A DNA stretch of 29,926 nt from Promethearchaeota archaeon (GCA_016839705.1 JAEOTR010000072.1:1-29926), one strand, 5' to 3'; counted from the first letter of the stretch, positions 1-9,007 are shown. Program-made: numbers and translations. The notes: generated from the sequence alone by a model not told the origin.

Positions 1-629
1 AAAGGTCCTAATCTAATCTTAGACAAAACATTGGATAGGAGAGCATAGCCTTCATTTTCTACGATTAGCAGTTTTGCCCCCAGAGCAATTCTTGCTTTTA
101 AATAATCAGCTCTGTTAAAACCCATTGTTTCTTTATCAAGAATCAACGTCCAATCAGGAATCGATTTCTTAATTTGAACACCTTCTACAACTTCTTGCAA
201 TTCAGATTCAATTTTTGCAAGATGATGCATCGAAGCACTATACTTTCCCCGAAAGCCGTATTTCTTATAGATTGGTTCTCCAAATTTTGAAGCATAAAGT
301 ATTACTGATTTAATACCTGAACTTTGCGCTATATCCATTAAATTACTAAATACTGCCGTTCCTATACCACGTCCTCTGTAATCTTCTAATACACCCATAT
401 ACCCAACACTCGCGACTTGCTGAAATAGGAATAATCCCCCCACACCGATTATTTTATCTTCTTTCTCAGCAATAAGAAATGTGGCTATTTTCTTATTAAT
501 TAAATATACCCACGTCTTTTTTTCAGCTAAAATATTGCTAAAATCCTCCCTTCCAAAAGATAAAAGGAAAGTCTTAATACTTTCAAGAATCTCATCCAGA
601 TTGGGCTCTCTAATTATAACTGAATTCAT
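1..629 (-). CDS. GNAT-family N-acetyltransferase (YitH-like, two-domain), 3' end runs off the window
   Basis: Not in the ORF track. Manual translation from ATG at 629 (GAGGT RBS upstream) gives MNSVIIREPNLDEILESIKTF...IIGVGGLFLFQQVASVGYMGVLEDYRGRGIGTAVF...VILYASKFGEPIYKKYGF...IRLGP. It has acetyl-CoA motif A (V..dYRGRGIG) and motif B (Y.K.GF), and is open to base 1. Confidence 0.88.
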   Translation of the reverse strand, partial: MNSVIIREPNLDEILESIKTFLLSFGREDFSNILAEKKTWVYLINKKIATFLIAEKEDKIIGVGGLFLFQQVASVGYMGVLEDYRGRGIGTAVFSNLMDIAQSSGIKSVILYASKFGEPIYKKYGFRGKYSASMHHLAKIESELQEVVEGVQIKKSIPDWTLILDKETMGFNRADYLKARIALGAKLLIVENEGYALLSNVLSKIRLGP

Positions 630-675
630 TTTTAAACCTCTAGAAGTATGATAGGTATATTAGTTATAGGGGGGA

Positions 676-1020
676 TTATTTAATTTTTATATTTTCTAAA
701 GGAACCCATCCTTTCCTTCCCTCCTTATTCGACACCCAAATCCATCCGCTTTCCTCTTTTTCTATTTTCAATTCTTCTCCAATTGACACAGTCAGCTCCC
801 TAGCTTCATAATCTTGTAACATTATGCCGGAATTACCATGTATCTCTACATAATTTTTTGGTACCCATCTTTCTTTTCCATCTTTATTCATACACCAAAC
901 CCATCCAGACCATTCACTTTCTTTATTCCCAACTTGAAGTCTTTCCCCTTTTTGGATTTTCAATGGATCTGTATAGGGTGATGTATACTCAATAATAACC
1001 TTGCAATTCTTCCATTTCAT
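676..1020 (-). CDS. Tandem SH3-domain protein (two variant SH3 domains)
   Basis: Two repeats with SH3 signatures: Y...PLKIQKGE...SGWVWC...RWVPKNYV and DYEARELTVSIGE...SGWIWV...KGWVPLENI. The ATG at 1020 (MKWKNCK) is preferred over the non-ATG start at 1056. Confidence 0.85.
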   Translation of the reverse strand: MKWKNCKVIIEYTSPYTDPLKIQKGERLQVGNKESEWSGWVWCMNKDGKERWVPKNYVEIHGNSGIMLQDYEARELTVSIGEELKIEKEESGWIWVSNKEGRKGWVPLENIKIK

Positions 1021-1101
1021 TTTTTGAAAAAAATCTTTTAAAATATTTATATTCAATTACATTTTACTTTTTAAAAACACTATACTAATTCTTTGTAGAA
1101 A

Positions 1102-1707
1102 TTGATAAGAAACATAATTTTTGATATTGGGAACGTTTTAATCAATTTTAAGCCAGATCAGTTTTTAAGGAGATATATTAATGATGAGCTTCGTATAAAA
1201 GAATTTATCACTAAGGTGGTAAAGACAGAATTGTGGCTGAATTTAGATCGTGGGATTATTTCACTCCAGGAAGCTCGGGATGAATATTTAGAACGATATC
1301 CTGAAGAAAGTAATTTACTTTTAACTTTTTTTGACCATTGGAAAGAGATGTTAACGCCAATTACTCACAACATACAAATTTTGCGAGAATTGAAGGCTAA
1401 TGGTTACAGGATATATCTCCTATCAAATTATATCCAAGAAGCATTCGATTACGTTCAAGACCGTAATGAATTTTTTACAATAGTAGATGGAAAAATAATT
1501 TCTAGTGAAATAAAATCTGCTAAACCAGAAGCGAAAATATATCAAAAATTACTTGATAAATATAATTTGAACCCGGAACAATGTGTATTTATTGATGATG
1601 TTGAATCTAATTTACATCAAGCTCAATCTTTGAAGATAAAAACCATTCATTATTTAAAGGATACTGATTTACGATCAGAACTTAGAACATTGAATGTAAA
1701 AATATAA
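1102..1707 (+). CDS. HAD-superfamily phosphatase (subfamily IA, YihX-like)
   Basis: Motif I IFDIGNVL, motif II LLSN, motif III KP and motif IV FIDD. Confidence 0.92.
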   Translation: MIRNIIFDIGNVLINFKPDQFLRRYINDELRIKEFITKVVKTELWLNLDRGIISLQEARDEYLERYPEESNLLLTFFDHWKEMLTPITHNIQILRELKANGYRIYLLSNYIQEAFDYVQDRNEFFTIVDGKIISSEIKSAKPEAKIYQKLLDKYNLNPEQCVFIDDVESNLHQAQSLKIKTIHYLKDTDLRSELRTLNVKI

Positions 1708-1745
1708 TTCAAGGGAGTTACATTATTAGATGTAAAAAATTATTT

Positions 1746-2417
1746 TTAAAACGTATATATAACTTTAAAAGGGACATATCTTAAGATCTCTTGGAGATCT
1801 TGTTTGAACTTGTCCGAGACGGGTTTAAAGCCATTTAATGTATAATTGCTAACAGAATAATGATCCGGCATAATTTTTAACAAGAAATCCTTTAAACTTT
1901 CCACATTTCTAATATTATCATTCACACCTTTCAAAAACATACTATAAATACCTAGTTTTCCCTTGTATTCTTTCCTAAAATCTGCAATTCCTTTTAATAC
2001 ATCCAAAGGACTCACGAACTGGGGACATTTATTGATTTTTGGAAAGTCTTCTGGATTAACACTATTTAAATTAATAGCAACCACATCACAATCATAAAAT
2101 TCTTTACGTACTTCTTGGTCTTCAAAAAGCGCACAATTTAAATAGATACCTATCTGCTGATGTGAATATTCTTTTTTAATTAAATTTATAATTTTTTTGG
2201 AATTCACATGCTTTAATGAATCACCAATTCCTTTGAACCAAATTAACTCAGGTATTCCCCTATTGATCACACAATCCTTTATCTCATTAAAAATTTCTTC
2301 AGTTGAGTTCATGAGGTTATCAGATTCGTGATAAGTACCAAGATCAACCGATAATAAAGTACCAAAATTAAAGTTAAATTCAAATGTCTTTACGAATCTG
2401 TATTCCATTAGAGCCAC
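1746..2417 (-). CDS. Degenerate radical-SAM-fold protein (COG0731-like) lacking CxxxCxxC
   Basis: Segments LSVDL, TEEIFNEIK, IWFKGIGDS (normally ITFSGxGEP), YLNCAL, INLNSVNPEDFPKIN, FRKEYKGKL and MFLKGVND match my recollection of this radical SAM subfamily. There is no Cys triad. The start may be the ATG at 2408. Confidence 0.65.
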   Translation of the reverse strand: MALMEYRFVKTFEFNFNFGTLLSVDLGTYHESDNLMNSTEEIFNEIKDCVINRGIPELIWFKGIGDSLKHVNSKKIINLIKKEYSHQQIGIYLNCALFEDQEVRKEFYDCDVVAINLNSVNPEDFPKINKCPQFVSPLDVLKGIADFRKEYKGKLGIYSMFLKGVNDNIRNVESLKDFLLKIMPDHYSVSNYTLNGFKPVSDKFKQDLQEILRYVPFKVIYTF

Positions 2418-2422
2418 ATTTC

Positions 2423-5392
2423 CTACCTAGAATTCTCTTTTTTTAACTTGTTCATTTTTGCCCGAAGTTCTGAAAACCTTTTATCCGCTCTTGGTCCATG
2501 AAATTTTCGATAAGTCGGGTTCTGTCTATCTTCAAGAATTTTCCCAGTTTTATAAGATTCAAGAGCTTTTTCGTACATTCCTAACTCTTCATAGCATTCT
2601 CCCATTCTTATAAATGTTTGGTCTCTAAACCACCCTTTGGGTTCGATTCTTAGTGCTTCTTCATATTTCTTAATAGCTTGTTCGTAGTCCCCAAAAATTT
2701 GAAGAATTTCACCATAAGTGTCATAGGAATTCCCATGGTTTGGGTCAAGAGTTAATAGGTAATCAGCAGTTTCAATAGCTTCCTCTTTTCTCTTTAACCT
2801 GGCTAGAACTTCCACTTTATTATTAATAATGTCCAAATCATTGGGAAATAGTTTTGATATTTCATTGATGACCTCATAGCTCTCCTCATATTGTTTATTG
2901 TTCCAATATAATATTGATTTATGTTTGTAAAGCTCTTTTTTATATTTAGGATATTTACTTACAGATTCTTCAATTAATTCTAAAGCTTCTAAGGGTTTAT
3001 CTGAATTGGTCAAAAAGTAAATTTTTATTCGATATTGACAAATATGATTAGGAAGTATTTCAATAGCTTTATCAACAGTCTCAATTGCCTTCTCATATTC
3101 TTTTATATTAAATAAGGTAAATCCTTGGAAAGCAAGATATTTTGCTTTATGTGATTTATTAGAATCAATTGGTATAGCTTTTTGAATTACGTCTAGAAAA
3201 GATTCAATATTTGATTCTTGAACTTTAAATTTGTAAATTAAATTATAACCAAGTACTATTGATTTAGTGAAATAGGATATAGGGTGATTTGGATACAGTT
3301 CTAAAACTTGATTTGCAATCTTTAAAGCCTTTTCATATTTACCTCGTGCTAGATAAGATGATGCAAAAATAAAAAATGTAGATGTATGTATTTTTGGATT
3401 CTTTTTGAGAATATTAATGTCAATTTCTTTTATTAAAGACCTCTTTGCTTCTCTAAATTTATCCATTTTACAATAGACTAAACTTCTTAAAATTACAAGT
3501 TCTTTGTCATTCGGATTCAATTTAATAGCAGAATTTATAGTTTCTAAAGTTTTTTCTGGATCTTTAATACCGCAATACCATTCATTTATATCGATCCAAC
3601 ATTTCAGTCGAAGGAAAAAAATATGATGAGGATGAGTTAAAAGATTGCTATCTATTATATCTAAAGCTTTACCATAATCCTCTAATTTGGTTAGTATTTG
3701 TGCTTTTTGACAAGATAATAAAATGTTAGGTGCTTTCTTTAATCCTTTCTCAACTGCGCTTAATGCGTTATCATAATCATCCATTAAAAAGTAGGTTAAT
3801 GATTGTAATAAATATCCAATAAATTCTTCTGAATACTTTTCTATAATTTCAGTTGTGATTTTAATTGAGTCATCCAAATCATTTTCTGCCGTAACTAAAA
3901 TATCTTTTAGTATTAATTGATTAATCTCGCTAAGGTCATAATCACCAACCTCATATAATTCTCTTGCCTTAATGATTTTTCCTCGGTATAATAATTTTTC
4001 AATATTTTCAAAAACTTTCTGCTTTTTAATACCATAAGTCTCTTGAACTTCTTCTGATTTCAAGAAACTTAGCTTGGATAAATAGATCACATCTAAAGCT
4101 TCAAAAAATCCTTTATCAATAGAATAAAAAGGTTCATCATCATCTATAGCACCAATTGGTTGACTAGAAGGCTCAAATGTTTGGAACTCTTCAAAAATAT
4201 TCTGCCACACAAACCCTTCTAATTTTGCTTCATTATCAACTAATTTCTTCTCAACTTCTATTTTATAAGCCAAATATTTTATATACTCAGGTAAGAATGA
4301 TTTTATGCAGGATTTCAAATTTTCATTAAATAAATTACCGCAAATATTATTTAAAATGTTCTCCAATAATAATTCTAGATCTAAAGATGGATTTTCTTGA
4401 AATTTATTTAGATAGGTTAATTTCGTAATATATTTCTCAACAATAGCATTAAGGATTTTCTCAATTGGTTCCCCTTTTTGAAAATAATAAATTCTTCCCT
4501 GTTTATCTTCTAATTTAAAAAATTTTATTTGAAAAAACTGCTTATCTACAATTTCTCGCATGTAGTAATTCAAAGTAGTCGCATCTATGTCATATTTTAA
4601 TGAGAAATCTTCTGGTGAAATATAATCAGGATATTGATTTGGATGATTAATTGAAAGGAATAATAAAATTTTGTTAAAATCCTCTTCATTTTTTAGCAGT
4701 AATTCAACCTTTGAATAATTGAATTTTAGGATATGATCAAGATATCGAAATTTCAACTCATCTTCTTCAATCTTGTATGTGTGAAAAAATGCTCTCGTTC
4801 TTTCCGTTACCTCTTCAATTCTCTTACTCTCTTGTTCTAAAATTGACTGGCGATCCATATCATAGGATTTTAATATGACAAAGTATTCAGCTTTCCCTAA
4901 TGGTGAAATAATATATTCCTTATTTTCTCTAAGAACAAATCCATTATCAATTAAGGAATTCAGATTATTAGACAGAGAAGATTGATTAATGGAAAGGGGT
5001 TCTTGCTTAAAATCTGACCATTTGCATGAATAATTATTATATAACATCCACAAAATCCAATGATCATAATTTCTTCTCTTCAGTAATACTTTAGGAGGAT
5101 ATCTTAATCTTCTTTTTCCTGCTTTTTTATCAAATGTTAGTTCACTATATCTCTCTCTCCCATTTGAAGTAATCATATATTTAGCTTTTTCTGGTTTTTC
5201 AATGTATCCCTTATTCTTGAGTTTCTTCAAATGACCAGATAAAGTTGACATTGGTATTTCAGCAGTAAAATCTGACCACTCACAAATTTCATTATTATTA
5301 AGCATCCATAGTATAATATATTCATAATCTTTTCCTAATGTTGGATTTAATATTTCTCCAGGGGGATAAATAATAGGTTCTGTTTTACTCAT
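2423..5392 (-). CDS. Large TPR protein with two N-terminal winged-helix repeats; putative regulator
   Basis: Two ~86-aa repeats (YPP...ILWML.NN..C.WSDF...S.LS..L..L...G...Y.I...G), followed by many TPR units (e.g. HGNSYDTYGEILQIFGDYEQAIKKYEEALRIEP). Confidence 0.85.
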   Translation of the reverse strand: MSKTEPIIYPPGEILNPTLGKDYEYIILWMLNNNEICEWSDFTAEIPMSTLSGHLKKLKNKGYIEKPEKAKYMITSNGRERYSELTFDKKAGKRRLRYPPKVLLKRRNYDHWILWMLYNNYSCKWSDFKQEPLSINQSSLSNNLNSLIDNGFVLRENKEYIISPLGKAEYFVILKSYDMDRQSILEQESKRIEEVTERTRAFFHTYKIEEDELKFRYLDHILKFNYSKVELLLKNEEDFNKILLFLSINHPNQYPDYISPEDFSLKYDIDATTLNYYMREIVDKQFFQIKFFKLEDKQGRIYYFQKGEPIEKILNAIVEKYITKLTYLNKFQENPSLDLELLLENILNNICGNLFNENLKSCIKSFLPEYIKYLAYKIEVEKKLVDNEAKLEGFVWQNIFEEFQTFEPSSQPIGAIDDDEPFYSIDKGFFEALDVIYLSKLSFLKSEEVQETYGIKKQKVFENIEKLLYRGKIIKARELYEVGDYDLSEINQLILKDILVTAENDLDDSIKITTEIIEKYSEEFIGYLLQSLTYFLMDDYDNALSAVEKGLKKAPNILLSCQKAQILTKLEDYGKALDIIDSNLLTHPHHIFFLRLKCWIDINEWYCGIKDPEKTLETINSAIKLNPNDKELVILRSLVYCKMDKFREAKRSLIKEIDINILKKNPKIHTSTFFIFASSYLARGKYEKALKIANQVLELYPNHPISYFTKSIVLGYNLIYKFKVQESNIESFLDVIQKAIPIDSNKSHKAKYLAFQGFTLFNIKEYEKAIETVDKAIEILPNHICQYRIKIYFLTNSDKPLEALELIEESVSKYPKYKKELYKHKSILYWNNKQYEESYEVINEISKLFPNDLDIINNKVEVLARLKRKEEAIETADYLLTLDPNHGNSYDTYGEILQIFGDYEQAIKKYEEALRIEPKGWFRDQTFIRMGECYEELGMYEKALESYKTGKILEDRQNPTYRKFHGPRADKRFSELRAKMNKLKKENSR

Positions 5393-5450
5393 AATAAAAT
5401 CACATCTTTCACTTTATATATATAATATTCATACTTATTTATATACTTAT

Positions 5451-5484
5451 TACTTCAGAATAAAGTATGAACTTCATATGAAGT
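5451..5484. promoter_or_regulatory. Dyad-symmetric candidate operator sites in a divergent promoter region
   Basis: Perfect 14-bp palindrome ACTTCATATGAAGT (5471-5484), preceded by the related dyad TACTT-N7-AAGTA (5451-5467). A TATA-like TTTATATATA lies at ~5413-5422. Confidence 0.4.
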
Positions 5485-5561
5485 ACGAAGTCAAAACTTA
5501 TAAATCGGAGTTGATCTTTATTGATCTTAAGAAAAAAAATTAAAAAAACGTGAAGAAAAAA

Positions 5562-5783
5562 ATGGTCCAAGTTTATGAAAAACCTGAATTGGAAGAAATT
5601 ATGAAACAGGAAGAAATTTTTGTTGTCATTCCTGAGAAGGTAATTGTAGAAGAAAAGAAGGAGGAGGTAAAACCCCAGAAGAAATCGAAATTGTTTAAAA
5701 AGCGCAATAAACCAATTGACATCAATAAAGTTAAAAATAGGCTTGATGCCAAGATGTACACGAACAGGTTTGTAGTACGATAA
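5562..5783 (+). CDS. Small charged hypothetical protein (73 aa; acidic N-half, basic C-half)
   Basis: The ORF track gives 5550..5783 with a GTG start; there is an in-frame ATG at 5562. The composition is protein-like (E/K/V-rich) and it is the first of three same-strand small ORFs. Confidence 0.6.
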   Translation: MVQVYEKPELEEIMKQEEIFVVIPEKVIVEEKKEEVKPQKKSKLFKKRNKPIDINKVKNRLDAKMYTNRFVVR

Positions 5784-5819
5784 CAATTACATAACTATAA
5801 TTGAGGAGGTTAATCAAAT

Positions 5820-5894
5820 ATGCCTGAGGAACCTGAAAAAATAATTATAATTAAAAGTACACCAGAAGCCCCAAAATCAAGAATAACATTTTAG
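5820..5894 (+). CDS. 24-aa microprotein MPEEPEKIIIIKSTPEAPKSRITF
   Basis: Strong RBS GAGGAGGT (5803-5810) sits 9 nt before the ATG; TAG at 5892-5894. Confidence 0.55.
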   Translation: MPEEPEKIIIIKSTPEAPKSRITF

Positions 5895-5910
5895 AAAACG
5901 AGGAATTATT

Positions 5911-6006
5911 ATGAAAAAGAGAACAAGAATAAATTGTATGAAATGTGGTAAGGAAATAAAACTGAATTTTATGGATGTTAGAGCAGTTTGTAAGGGATGT
6001 AAGTAA
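5911..6006 (+). CDS. 31-aa Zn-ribbon microprotein MKKRTRINCMKCGKEIKLNFMDVRAVCKGCK
   Basis: RBS GAGGA (5900-5904), CxxCG-type motif CxxC-x14-CxxC, TAA at 6004-6006, followed by a long T-tract. Confidence 0.72.
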   Translation: MKKRTRINCMKCGKEIKLNFMDVRAVCKGCK

Positions 6007-6018
6007 AATGTCCCCCTA

Positions 6019-6033
6019 ATTCTTTTTTTTTTT
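6019..6033 (+). terminator. Oligo-T tract; probable archaeal intrinsic terminator of the microprotein cluster
   Basis: TTTCTTTTTTTTTTT begins ~12 nt after the Zn-finger stop codon. Confidence 0.45.
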
Positions 6034-6094
6034 GACTTATTTTCATTTTTTATCAACTCATATCCATTTCCATATTGTTTCACTATAAGCATAA

Positions 6095-6113
6095 GGGCGG
6101 GTTTTACTCGCCC
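6095..6113. terminator. GC-rich hairpin at the 3' end of the dCMP deaminase gene
   Basis: GGGCGGGT-TTT-ACTCGCCC forms an 8-bp stem with one G-U/mismatch. It overlaps the stop codon between convergent genes. Confidence 0.35.
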
Positions 6114-6562
6114 AATTTTAAATTGATTATCTCTAATTGAGAATCATTTATCAAACTTTTTTTAATTTCATTATCCATGTTGTACTCTTCCTTATAGATG
6201 AGCCTTTTAATGTTTGCGTTTATTAACAATTTTAAACAACTCATACAGGGAAAAGTTGTCGAATAAAGAGAGATATTTCCTTCGATGGCTGTACCATGAA
6301 TTGCTGCTTGAATGATGCAATTAATTTCAGCATGTACACCTCTACATAATTCCGGTTTATCTCCAGGAGATAAGGATTTTCGGACACAAGTCTCCGGAGT
6401 GCAATGAGAAAACCCTGAGGGAGCACCATTATAACCAGTTGATAAAATATGATCATCTTTCACAAGCACAGCCCCAACTTTTCTTTTAATGCAAGTAGAT
6501 CGCAATGAAGCAACTTCAGCTATCCTCATGAAATATTCATCTTTAGAAATTCGTTTACCCAA
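6104..6562 (-). CDS. dCMP deaminase (ComEB/deoxycytidylate deaminase family)
   Basis: RSTC..RKVGAVLV, TGYNGAP, and Zn motifs HAE and PCxxC (FPCMSC). Confidence 0.93.
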   Translation of the reverse strand: MGKRISKDEYFMRIAEVASLRSTCIKRKVGAVLVKDDHILSTGYNGAPSGFSHCTPETCVRKSLSPGDKPELCRGVHAEINCIIQAAIHGTAIEGNISLYSTTFPCMSCLKLLINANIKRLIYKEEYNMDNEIKKSLINDSQLEIINLKLGE

Positions 6563-6593
6563 CTTCTACACGACTTTTGATTTAATTATAAGT

Positions 6594-7451
6594 TTACCAT
6601 TTATTGAATTTTGGTTCTCTCTTTTCAAAAAATGCCATACTAGCCTCTCTTGCATCAATACTCTGACTTGCTACATTTTGAGTTTGATTTTCTAACTCTA
6701 TTGCAGATTCCAAAGAGGGTGCATCGATATTGATGTTTAGTGCTTGTTTAGTTAATCGAAGACCTAAGACACTTTTATTTATCATATTCCTTGCGATTAT
6801 CAGAGCTTCTTCAAGAATATTACTATCGGGAACTACTCTTGACACGAGTCTAATACGTTCAGCTTCTTTTGCATCTACATCCTTTCCAGTATAAATGATC
6901 TCTGCGGCGTCTGAGAATCCAATTACTCGTGGAAGCCAATATGTACTTCCACAATCTGCTCCAGATACACCAATTTTTATGAATGCATTACAGAAGACTG
7001 AACTTTCTCCCGCAATTCGAATATCCGCGGCTAATGAAAGTGCAAGACCACCTCCATAAGCAGGACCTTTGATCGCAGCAATTACAGGTTGTGGGATTTT
7101 TCTTAGTTTAATCATTATCTGAGTAATACGTCTTTGGAGCATAAAACCAACTTTAATAGAATCTTTAGTCTGAAGATATCTAAATCTAGGATCTGTTTTA
7201 TATAGCTCATTACTACTCAACGAACCCATATCTTTTAAATCGAGCCCTGCTGAGAACGCTCGACCCTCACCAGTTAAAATAACCACATTGATATCATAAT
7301 TATTTTCTAAATAATCTAAATAATCTAGAAACTCCTCTATCAATTCAAAATTAATTGCATTTAACCGTTCAGGTCTGTTAAGGGTGATAATAGAGATTCC
7401 TTCTTCTCGTTCATCTATTTTGAGAGTTTTATATTCTTTCATATACACCAC
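6594..7451 (-). CDS. Crotonase-fold enoyl-CoA hydratase/isomerase
   Basis: ITLNRPERLNA, GRAFSAGLDL, PVIAAIKGPAYGGG, ADIRIA and C-terminal AFFEKREPKF. Confidence 0.95.
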   Translation of the reverse strand: MVYMKEYKTLKIDEREEGISIITLNRPERLNAINFELIEEFLDYLDYLENNYDINVVILTGEGRAFSAGLDLKDMGSLSSNELYKTDPRFRYLQTKDSIKVGFMLQRRITQIMIKLRKIPQPVIAAIKGPAYGGGLALSLAADIRIAGESSVFCNAFIKIGVSGADCGSTYWLPRVIGFSDAAEIIYTGKDVDAKEAERIRLVSRVVPDSNILEEALIIARNMINKSVLGLRLTKQALNINIDAPSLESAIELENQTQNVASQSIDAREASMAFFEKREPKFNKW

Positions 7452-7544
7452 GAAATGAATCTAATAAAATACTGTAATTAATAGTATATAGAAAAGGTTT
7501 AACTTTTAGTACTTAATTTAATCTTTTTAAGGATTTTTTGTTAA

Positions 7545-8261
7545 TTATGAAAGCTCCTGAATGATTTGAATAACTTCAGAAATTTGTTTTATTTCATAAT
7601 CAGGAAGAATTTCAGTTGACCTTGGAGAATTTTTATCATTTAGCCATATCGTTTTCATTTTAAAATCTTGAGCTCCCTTAACATCTGTTTCCAACATATC
7701 ACCTATATGAATAGCATTTTGCGGTTTACAGTTAAATCTTTCCAACGGTATCTCAAACATTTTGGGGTGTGGTTTGAATAATCCTGTTTCGTCAGAGTAG
7801 ACCATTGAATCAAAATATTGAAGGACATTATATTCATCTAACACTCTATTTATCGTTTTGCCTGGGGTTACGCCTGTATTAGAAATTAGGCCAACTTGAT
7901 AATCCGGGGCAAGGATTTCTAGCGTTTTTTTAATCCCAATTTTTAACTGAGGGGGATCGTGTAATATTTCAGACTCAAATTTCCCTTTAAGCATCTCAAT
8001 ATCTGACTTAGGAACCTGTATATCAATACTTTCAAGCACCCTTGAGATCCTATCCTCCGTATAAATATGACGAAATTCAATTTCTTCAAATGTAACCTCT
8101 GAAAAATGAAATTTAGTATGAAAAACTTCTTCAAATTTATCGAATGGTAAGAAAATATTCCTTTCCTGCAGAAATTGAAAAAATTGTTTTAATCTGAGTT
8201 CTGAATAAGATTTGTTAGAAAATAGCGTGTTCCATAGATCAAAAGTAATTACCTTGATCAT
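7545..8261 (-). CDS. HAD-superfamily hydrolase (IA)
   Basis: TFDLWNTL, LISNT, KPHPKMF and HIGDMLETDVKGA. Confidence 0.92.
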   Translation of the reverse strand: MIKVITFDLWNTLFSNKSYSELRLKQFFQFLQERNIFLPFDKFEEVFHTKFHFSEVTFEEIEFRHIYTEDRISRVLESIDIQVPKSDIEMLKGKFESEILHDPPQLKIGIKKTLEILAPDYQVGLISNTGVTPGKTINRVLDEYNVLQYFDSMVYSDETGLFKPHPKMFEIPLERFNCKPQNAIHIGDMLETDVKGAQDFKMKTIWLNDKNSPRSTEILPDYEIKQISEVIQIIQELS

Positions 8262-8443
8262 GAATAGATAAATACGTCAAGTAATTAATTACCTACCTTT
8301 TGAATGAATTAGTTAAAAGTAATAAATAGAAACTTAAATTCATGAATAAACTTAAAAATTCAATTGATTGTATATTACTTAAGTATAAGAATTTTTAATG
8401 ACATAAAAGTCAGTTTCTTAATTCTAATAATATTTAGGATAGA

Positions 8444-9007
8444 GTGATATTGGGAGAATCTGGGCAAGAAACAGTAGAGCTCGCATATAAGGTCTGTGTT
8501 TTTGGAGATTCAGCTGTTGGAAAAACATCTTTAGTAGATCGCTATCTCACAAATGAATTTCACGAAAATATTCAAGCAACTCTCGGAGCAACAATCCATA
8601 TTAAATTCATAGAAGTGGTGAATGGTAAAATAACACTTCAAATCTGGGATTTTGGAGGGCATAAGAATTTTATGTTCCTTATTCCCTCATATGCTCGAGG
8701 GTCCTCTGGTGCGGTTTTTATGTTTGATCTTACAAAACATAAAAGCTTAGAAAATTTAAATGATTGGTTATTAGAATTTAGCAAAGTAACAAGAATTATT
8801 CCTCTTATTTTAGTAGGGAATAAATTAGATCTTGAACAAGAAAGGATTTGTACAAAAGAGGAAGCCTTAAACACCATGAAATCACATAATTTCGTTAATT
8901 ATATAGAATGTTCTGCAAAAACTGGAGATAATATTCAAATGGTATTTGAATCGTTAACATTAGAAATTTTAAAAAGAACTGGACGCACTGAAATATTTAT
9001 AAGGTGA
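8444..9007 (+). CDS. Rab/Ras-like small GTPase (Asgard type)
   Basis: G1 GDSAVGKTS, G2 T (ATLG), G3 LQIWDFGG, G4 GNKLD, G5 ECSAKTG. No C-terminal Cys prenylation motif. Confidence 0.95.
   Translation: MILGESGQETVELAYKVCVFGDSAVGKTSLVDRYLTNEFHENIQATLGATIHIKFIEVVNGKITLQIWDFGGHKNFMFLIPSYARGSSGAVFMFDLTKHKSLENLNDWLLEFSKVTRIIPLILVGNKLDLEQERICTKEEALNTMKSHNFVNYIECSAKTGDNIQMVFESLTLEILKRTGRTEIFIR

Noticed and set aside
5439-6092. Minus-strand ORFs 5439..5786, 5573..5761 and 5877..6092
   Set aside because: They are F/L/I-rich antisense shadows of the A-rich + strand microproteins, which have better RBSs and a recognisable motif.
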